A stretch of DNA of 63,996 nucleotides, counting the filler, from an uncultured Methanosarcinales archaeon (GTDB lineage Archaea > Nanobdellota > Nanobdellia > Woesearchaeales > CALCXY01): assembly GCA_964385185.1 (NCBI GenBank). It is 3 parts of 3 records of this genome, joined end to end, with 100 filler letters (N's around TTAATTAATTAA, not from the genome) between each part and the next. Parts side by side here need not be neighbours in the genome. Positions count along the whole stretch, not along the records: positions 48,137 to 63,996 come from CAYLOA010000027.1; 2 more parts are not named here. One strand, given 5' to 3'. Positions 58,312 through 63,996 of this stretch are shown here, piece after piece (within the stretch, counting starts at the first letter, position 1; each line of letters begins with the position of its first letter). Below the pieces are notes generated by a model. It worked only from the letters and a program-made list of their open reading frames with translations. It was not told the origin of the DNA and ran no database searches. A program made the position numbers and the translations under genes.

Positions 58312-58456
58312 CAATCTCATCCATCATCTGTTGAGTTGACTTCTTAAACTTAAAAGTACCTCTAGCGTTCCATAAAGATTTAGAACCTTGCTTAATGTTT
58401 TGAAGATTCTCCATTATTTCTGGATGTAATCCATTGGTAATATTCTTTTTCTTCAT
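58304..58456 (-). CDS. Putative antitoxin
   Basis: 50-aa ORF overlapping the PIN start; no family recognised. Confidence 0.55.
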   Translation of the reverse strand: MKKKNITNGLHPEIMENLQNIKQGSKSLWNARGTFKFKKSTQQMMDEIDE

Positions 58457-58570
58457 AAATATGTAATAGTTAAACTCCTTAATAAATCTTTGTAGAAATA
58501 ATTGTAAAAATATCCGATACAATTCTAAAGAATACAAAATTATATATACCATAAAGTGTAAAATAGCTAC

Positions 58571-59121
58571 ATGGAAGCCTGGTTAGAAAAAGCATTGCAA
58601 GAAATTCTAGATAACAATCAAAACTATATTGGAATGTTCAAACCACCCAAAAAATTAATGGAGTTATTAACGAGTCAGGGAGGGAAAGCAGAGATCACTA
58701 TTCTTTAAAATTCAATAATGCCAAAATTAGTGGGAGTGATCTCAACAAATTTGTGGATCAAAGAGTATCGAAATTAAACGATGACAAAAAGAATGTTATA
58801 GGTATTGAATTATATAAAAAAGGACTTTGGGGAAAACCAGTAATTATCATTGCCATTGTCCCAGGATTAGACAATTCAAAAAAAGATTTTTCATATGACA
58901 ACCGCCAAGGTGGATCTTCCTACATTGCCTTAGCATATCACCTCGATGTAGGAAGAAAATGGAAACAAGTAAAGATGTTTTTTGAACAAGATAGAACACC
59001 TGCATTTGGATGGCTAAACCAACTATTAGGCAATCTTGAAGTACAAACAGAACATAAAGTAAAATTCAATATAAAGAAATATTATCCCAACTTAAGTAGT
59101 TATGATTTGGCTGTATACTAA
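58571..59121 (+). pseudogene. Frameshifted hypothetical gene
   Basis: ORF from ATG 58571 stops at 58708; the -1 frame is open 58615-59121; A6 run at 58649-58654 in the overlap. Confidence 0.5.
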
Positions 59122-59137
59122 AGTAAAAAATAAAAAA

Positions 59138-60064
59138 CTATCTTTTTTTCTTAGTTTTCTTAATCTCTTTCTCAAGATCTAACTCATCGAGCAATTCCTT
59201 ATACCGATTTCGAATAGTAACTTCAGTTACACCTGCAACATCAGCAACTTCTCTTTGAGTTCTTTTTTCACCATGAATTAAAGCACTCACATACAAAGCA
59301 GCAGCAGCAATTCCAGTCGGACCCCGACCTGAAGTCAATTCAGCTTTCTGAGCAATCTCTAAGATTTCAACAGCCTTTGACTGAGTCTCAGGAGTTAATT
59401 TCAAAGATGATGCGAACCGTGCAATATAATCTGCAGGGTTTGATGGTAAAATAGTAATTCCAAGCTCTCGAGTAACGAATCGATACGTTCTTCCAATCTC
59501 CTTTTTCTCAATACCAGAAGCTTCTGATAATTCGTCAAGAGTTCTTGGAACTTCATGTCGTCTACAAGCAGCATACAATGCTCCTGCAACAACTGATTCC
59601 ATACTTCTTCCTCTAACTAATCCTCTTTGAACAGCTAAAGTATAAATTCGAGCAGCCTCTTCCTCAACTGATTTAGGTAATTTCAAGAAACTTGAAGCCC
59701 TTTTCAATTCAGCAAGTGCTAATTTAAGATTTCTTTCAATAGCAGTTGAGATTCTATACTGCCATTTTCTTAATCTAAAGAATTTTGATCGATTTTTGTC
59801 ACCTAAATGACCTAAATCTGAGGATTGACCAACTTCTGTACCTAATCCTTGATCGAATTGAGTATATGTCATAGGCGCACCAGTTCTTCTTTTACTAGTA
59901 TCTCCGCCACCAGAACTATCGAACTCTCGCCATTCTTGAGTAAAATCTACCATCTTGTCTTCTAATACAAGACCACAATCTTTACAAATGACTTCACCTT
60001 TTTCACGATTGTGAAATAAGTTTATAGAACCGCATTCCGGACATTTTTTTACGAAGTTTGCCAT
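59138..60064 (-). CDS. tfb: Transcription initiation factor IIB
   Basis: CPECG...CKDCG zinc ribbon, EWREF, ERNL, GRGPTG, TEVTIRNRY. Confidence 0.98.
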   Translation of the reverse strand: MANFVKKCPECGSINLFHNREKGEVICKDCGLVLEDKMVDFTQEWREFDSSGGGDTSKRRTGAPMTYTQFDQGLGTEVGQSSDLGHLGDKNRSKFFRLRKWQYRISTAIERNLKLALAELKRASSFLKLPKSVEEEAARIYTLAVQRGLVRGRSMESVVAGALYAACRRHEVPRTLDELSEASGIEKKEIGRTYRFVTRELGITILPSNPADYIARFASSLKLTPETQSKAVEILEIAQKAELTSGRGPTGIAAAALYVSALIHGEKRTQREVADVAGVTEVTIRNRYKELLDELDLEKEIKKTKKKR

Positions 60065-60258
60065 AGTTATCCCTCACAATAATTACATTAATTTTTATTG
60101 TTCCCCAACAATAACTTTATATACTGAATGCATAGGTGATATATAAACCTTTGCTTTGATATCGTCGTCTAAGTTCATCTAGAGTCTCCAGAATATATTT
60201 TACTATATAGAAATTAATTAAACACAAGTTTTATAAAAATCCAACCTACATGAACCCT

Positions 60259-60420
60259 ATGACAGATCCATTTACAGATGAACTACTTAACAAACTAGCT
60301 TGTCCTGTATGCAAAGGAGAATTAACCAAAAACGAGAAAGGATTATACTGTAAAAAATGCACACATACCTATGCTATTAAAGACGATATACCAATTTTGA
60401 CGCCGCCGGGGATGGATTAA
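60259..60420 (+). CDS. Trm112-family zinc-binding protein (absent from ORF track)
   Basis: Translates MTDPFTDELLNKLACPVCKGELTKNEKGLYCKKCTHTYAIKDDIPILTPPGMD. Confidence 0.88.
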   Translation: MTDPFTDELLNKLACPVCKGELTKNEKGLYCKKCTHTYAIKDDIPILTPPGMD

Positions 60421-61051
60421 GGGCAAGTGTTTCATTCCTATCAGAGTGTTGTAATGGTTTACTTTTCTGTTTCTTTTTAGGCGTAAATATCTCTAGTATT
60501 GCATCCTCAACATCAGATTCTAACTGTTCTTTTTTCTGAAGTTGATCCTTAGTCTGCTCCCCATAATAGAATTCCACAATAGCCCGCCCATAAGACTCCA
60601 TTAATGAAGTAAATTCAGAATCATTTTGGATAATCATATCATTAGTCTCTCCTACAAAATTCTTTCCAATGAGACAGACCTCTCCCTTTGTTCCATATTT
60701 GAATAATATATAATAGATATCAGTATCTTTATCATTTTCCAAACCAAGGATAAATTTCATATGACTAGATTCTCCTGTAAGTAGATAACTCACCAGCATA
60801 GGCATGACTCCCTCCTGGTCAGATGAACCTTGGGCAACCTTTTCTTGAAATTGAAGAGCATACAAATCAAGAGTACAATCACCATTCGGCATAAAAAGAA
60901 AAGGATCTCTCATATGCAAATCCAATAGTGTATCCTCTAAATTAGAAAAAACAGTTTGTTGGTATGAAACAACAGTCTCCTGTCTTAAAGCACTACCTCT
61001 ACATCCTGCTAATGCAGCACATCCTGCCAAAATCAATCCTGCTCTATACAT
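60377..61051 (-). CDS. Putative lipoprotein
   Basis: N-terminal LAGC lipobox-like motifs. Confidence 0.65.
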   Translation of the reverse strand: MYRAGLILAGCAALAGCRGSALRQETVVSYQQTVFSNLEDTLLDLHMRDPFLFMPNGDCTLDLYALQFQEKVAQGSSDQEGVMPMLVSYLLTGESSHMKFILGLENDKDTDIYYILFKYGTKGEVCLIGKNFVGETNDMIIQNDSEFTSLMESYGRAIVEFYYGEQTKDQLQKKEQLESDVEDAILEIFTPKKKQKSKPLQHSDRNETLALNPSPAASKLVYRL

Positions 61052-61128
61052 AAGGAATAGAAGTATAACATAATTTATAAATCTTAGCCAAACGCAAACT
61101 ATATAACAGATAAAAATACAAAACTTCC

Positions 61129-61995
61129 ATGGTGGACTTACTCACAGCAATTGTCGTAATCATAGCATTTACAGCCATGTTTATTGGCTCTATCACCGAT
61201 CTAAAAACACGAGAGGTGCCAGATTGGCTCAATTTCTCATTAATAGCCATGGGCTTAGGGGTAAGAACAATTTTCTCAGTCGTCCAATGGGATTATCACC
61301 CTATTCTGAATGGATTAATAGGATTAGGAGTATTTGTTGCATTAGGCTATCTAATGTTCTACACAGGTCAATGGGGTGGAGGAGACAGTAAGATGTTAAT
61401 GGGTTTAGGAGCCCTAATCGGTTGGGACTTTTCCTTTGATCATTTTATAATCAACTTTGGGATAGCCTTAGTATTTGTCGGAGCACTCTATGGTATTCTC
61501 TGGAGTTTTGGATTAATCATATTCAATTTCAAAAAGTTCATTAAAAAAGTAAGAGAATACCTCCATAATAAAAAAATATTCCCAATTAGAATTGTAACCA
61601 TGGCAGTAGCAACCATAGGAATTATTGCAGCATTTGTTGTCCCCAATACAGCCATGAGATTAGTAATCATAACAGCAGTATTATTCATCTATGCCTCATT
61701 ATATCTCTACGTTTTTTCAAAAGCGCTTGAAGAAGTCTGCATGATTAAAACAGTCCCTATTTCGAAAGTGACAGAAGGAGACTGGATTGTAGGAGTTGTT
61801 AAACACAATGATAAAGTCTTAGCATCAAGTAAAGACTTAGGAATAAAATTAGAACAAATTCAAGCCATTAAAAATGCAAAAATAAAACAAATTACAATAA
61901 AAGAAGGTATTCCCTTTGTCCCCTCATTCTTGTTAGCATTCTTAGTAGCCTTAGAATATGGTAATATCTTGATAGTATTAACTAGTTTATTGTAA
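61129..61995 (+). CDS. Prepilin/preflagellin peptidase (A24)
   Basis: SITDLKTREVPD, WGGGDSK, EGD, GIPFVP. Confidence 0.93.
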   Translation: MVDLLTAIVVIIAFTAMFIGSITDLKTREVPDWLNFSLIAMGLGVRTIFSVVQWDYHPILNGLIGLGVFVALGYLMFYTGQWGGGDSKMLMGLGALIGWDFSFDHFIINFGIALVFVGALYGILWSFGLIIFNFKKFIKKVREYLHNKKIFPIRIVTMAVATIGIIAAFVVPNTAMRLVIITAVLFIYASLYLYVFSKALEEVCMIKTVPISKVTEGDWIVGVVKHNDKVLASSKDLGIKLEQIQAIKNAKIKQITIKEGIPFVPSFLLAFLVALEYGNILIVLTSLL

Positions 61996-62022
61996 ACATA
62001 ATAAACAATACTAACTAGAATC

Positions 62023-62127
62023 CTACTTCCTTCTCTGCCTTCTACGTTTTTCTCGCTTAATTCGCTTTCGCTGCCACTTCCAACGCATCTGGCCTTTCTT
62101 TTTCCATCTTCTGGAACTTCTCTTCAT
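62023..62127 (-). CDS. rpl41e: Ribosomal protein L41e (eS32) (absent from ORF track)
   Basis: Translates MKRSSRRWKKKGQMRWKWQRKRIKREKRRRQRRK. Confidence 0.85.
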   Translation of the reverse strand: MKRSSRRWKKKGQMRWKWQRKRIKREKRRRQRRK

Positions 62128-62157
62128 ATCCTTCTTAGGAACTGACGGTCCTTTTTA

Positions 62158-62420
62158 AAGGTTTTGTTTGGAGATAAGCGAGAAACACAACCTTCAAGAC
62201 GTCAGTCTTGTANNNNNNNNNNNNNNNNNNNNNNNNNNNNNNNNNNNNNNNNNNNNNNNNNNNNNNNNNNNNNNNNNNNNNNNNNNNNNNNNNNNNNNNN
62301 NNNNNNNNNNNNAGATAAGCGAGAAACACAACCTTCAAGACGTCAGTCTTGTAAGGTTTTGTTTGGAGATAAGCGAGAAACACAACCTTCAAGACGTCAG
62401 TCTTGTAAGGTTTTGTTTGG
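62158..62420. repeat. Tandem array of an identical 54-bp hairpin unit (at least three copies, spanning an N gap)
   Basis: AGATAAGCGAGAAACACAACCTTCAAGACGTCAGTCTTGTAAGGTTTTGTTTGG at 62313-62366 and 62367-62420, permuted copy 62158-62212. Confidence 0.85.
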
Positions 62421-62436
62421 AACAAAGTGGGATATG

Positions 62437-62545
62437 GCACTACTACTACCGGCACACGAAGTGTGCAGTAGTGGTGAATAACAGTAAGACAAAACTCGCA
62501 GTCGAAGGACTGCGAGAGTGGGCACTCTGTGAGTGCCTCCCCTAT
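62437..62545. ncRNA. GC-rich multi-hairpin element of unknown function
   Basis: GCACAC-GAA-GTGTGC inside a CACTACTACT/AGTAGTGGTG-like stem; CTCGCAGTC-GAAG-GACTGCGAG; GGCACTC-TGT-GAGTGCC. Confidence 0.45.
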
Positions 62546-62607
62546 TTCCTTCATAGCCCCAACTTTTTATCCAAAACAATTAAAAACCCTCAACCTAAAA
62601 AACAGTA

Positions 62608-63228
62608 ATGCCTGATAGTCCTAAAAGGAAAATTCCCACCAAAATAATTTTATTTATATTAATCATCTTAGCATTATTCTTAGTAGGACATTTCAGGCAA
62701 TATTTCATAGATTTACTCCAACAATGGCCAATGGCATGGTCACTATACAAACATGCAATCTCACAAATTGAAGGAAGAACACTTTTAGGATTATTCTATG
62801 CAAACTTCTTTGGAGGATTATTCTTCGTATTTCTACCAGTAGAAATCATCTATGTATACTACACATTACTAGATCATAATGATTTAATCATTTTCTTAGT
62901 ATCCATGGTAGGAATAATGCTCGGGATGGCAATCAATTATGGAGTTGGAAGAATACTAGGATCAACCGTACTAAAATTTGCATTAAGAAAAAAGTTTGAC
63001 TGGCTTACCAACCTCAACGATAAATACAGTGCATGGATTATAGTAATAGGAAATGCAGTAATATTTCCAGCTCAATTATACGCATTAATAGTGGGTGTAA
63101 CCAAATATCCATTCAAAAAATATATGTTATATACAGCATTAGGAAGAACCATAAAATATGTTTTATTAACAGTAGGATCAGAATATTTCTTAAAAGTTAT
63201 CATGCCTTGGATGCAAGCATTTATGTGA
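62608..63228 (+). CDS. DedA/VTT-domain membrane protein
   Basis: FLPVE, GIMLGMAINYGVGR, LGRTIKY; several TM helices. Confidence 0.85.
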   Translation: MPDSPKRKIPTKIILFILIILALFLVGHFRQYFIDLLQQWPMAWSLYKHAISQIEGRTLLGLFYANFFGGLFFVFLPVEIIYVYYTLLDHNDLIIFLVSMVGIMLGMAINYGVGRILGSTVLKFALRKKFDWLTNLNDKYSAWIIVIGNAVIFPAQLYALIVGVTKYPFKKYMLYTALGRTIKYVLLTVGSEYFLKVIMPWMQAFM

Positions 63229-63229
63229 A

Positions 63230-63889
63230 TTACATAAAATTCAATTGTTTATCATGCACTACTTGATTTCCTTTCAATCTATCAACAACAGCTGCAGCTA
63301 AAGAAAAATCATGTTCAGTAATAGCTTGCAAAACTTCAGTCCCAATCTTCACACTCTCTTCACAACTTAAACTACAAGGAAAATGAGATAATAAACAAGC
63401 ATCCTTATCTCGATGAAAAATATTAGTAACTGCACTAAACGTCTCACCCAAACTATTCTGCACAACAGGTTCTTCAAAATCATTATCTAACTGTTCACGA
63501 ACATGCCTGTGTTCATTAAAAAACCGGCAACAGCACCGTGGATAACCAAGTTCCCTACCAAGAAGATAGTGATTGCCTCGAAGTTCCCAGAGAGCCGTCC
63601 TATTGGCTTTTAATTCATCCTTAGAAATGTAAACAAACACTTGACCTTTTCTAATATCAGTTTTTTTAACACGAAGACCTTTATTTGAAAAACTCTGTTC
63701 AGAATCTAAAGGAATGACTTTAAATTTACTCACAACTACATGCAATGCATGTTTCTCACAAAAAGAATACAATCCAGGAAGTTGATCCTCATCATAACTT
63801 TGTCTGATAACGGGCTTAACACCACACAACAAAGCTACCATCTCAATCAACTTCATACGAGAACCTAATAGTGGGAGTAACACTTCCAT
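63230..63889 (-). CDS. DUF483-like protein
   Basis: GVKPVIR, LGRELGYPRCC, SHFPCSLSCEES. Confidence 0.7.
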   Translation of the reverse strand: MEVLLPLLGSRMKLIEMVALLCGVKPVIRQSYDEDQLPGLYSFCEKHALHVVVSKFKVIPLDSEQSFSNKGLRVKKTDIRKGQVFVYISKDELKANRTALWELRGNHYLLGRELGYPRCCCRFFNEHRHVREQLDNDFEEPVVQNSLGETFSAVTNIFHRDKDACLLSHFPCSLSCEESVKIGTEVLQAITEHDFSLAAAVVDRLKGNQVVHDKQLNFM

Positions 63890-63996
63890 ATAACACATTA
63901 AGAATTTTGGATTAATAAGTGTTACTATTTCCAATTAAATAAAAGATTATTTCAAAATCTTAGAAATTTTAACCACAAGCACAAGACAACCATGAG

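Noticed and set aside
62158..62420. 54-bp repeats as a CRISPR array
   Set aside because: Units are contiguous with no unique spacers, and no cas genes are present in the window.
62137..62545. RNase P or SRP RNA
   Set aside because: No GAGGAAAGTCC or ACAGAA RNase P boxes and no SRP helix-8 motif found on either strand.
62135..62608. ORFs with 18-aa periodicity across the repeat
   Set aside because: Open on both strands only because the unit is a multiple of three and the N gap hides stops.

Overview
AT-rich archaeal sequence, most likely a DPANN (Woesearchaeota-like) metagenome-assembled genome. Archaeal markers include TFB, thermosome, Dph5, L7Ae, L41e, a Hel308-like helicase, and tRNA genes with bulge-helix-bulge (BHB) introns and no encoded CCA. 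The window is three contigs joined by artificial N-TTAATTAATTAA-N spacers (24445-24544, 48037-48136), so context across those joins is not biological. Contig 1 carries purA/guaB, DNA ligase, a tRNA cluster (three-intron tRNA-Asn, tRNA-Ile, a LAGLIDADG gene, tRNA-Arg flanked by two tRNA-like halves), an N-terminally incomplete Hel308, prs, thermosome, cmk, dph5, tRNA-Gln and a giant surface protein. Contig 2 carries enolase, gpmI, a glycogen cluster (GT3, GT4, GH57, three DUF5752-like genes, GH15, debranching enzyme, GalT) containing an intron-bearing tRNA with a serine-type body but a GAT (Ile) anticodon, a candidate two-gene toxin/defence pair, and L7Ae. Contig 3 carries HEPN-MNT and PIN toxin-antitoxin pairs, ileS, a PrmC/HemK2 methyltransferase, Trm112, MGMT, TFB, prepilin peptidase, L41e and a 54-bp hairpin tandem array. 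All protein calls come from motif recognition by eye; no database search was run.
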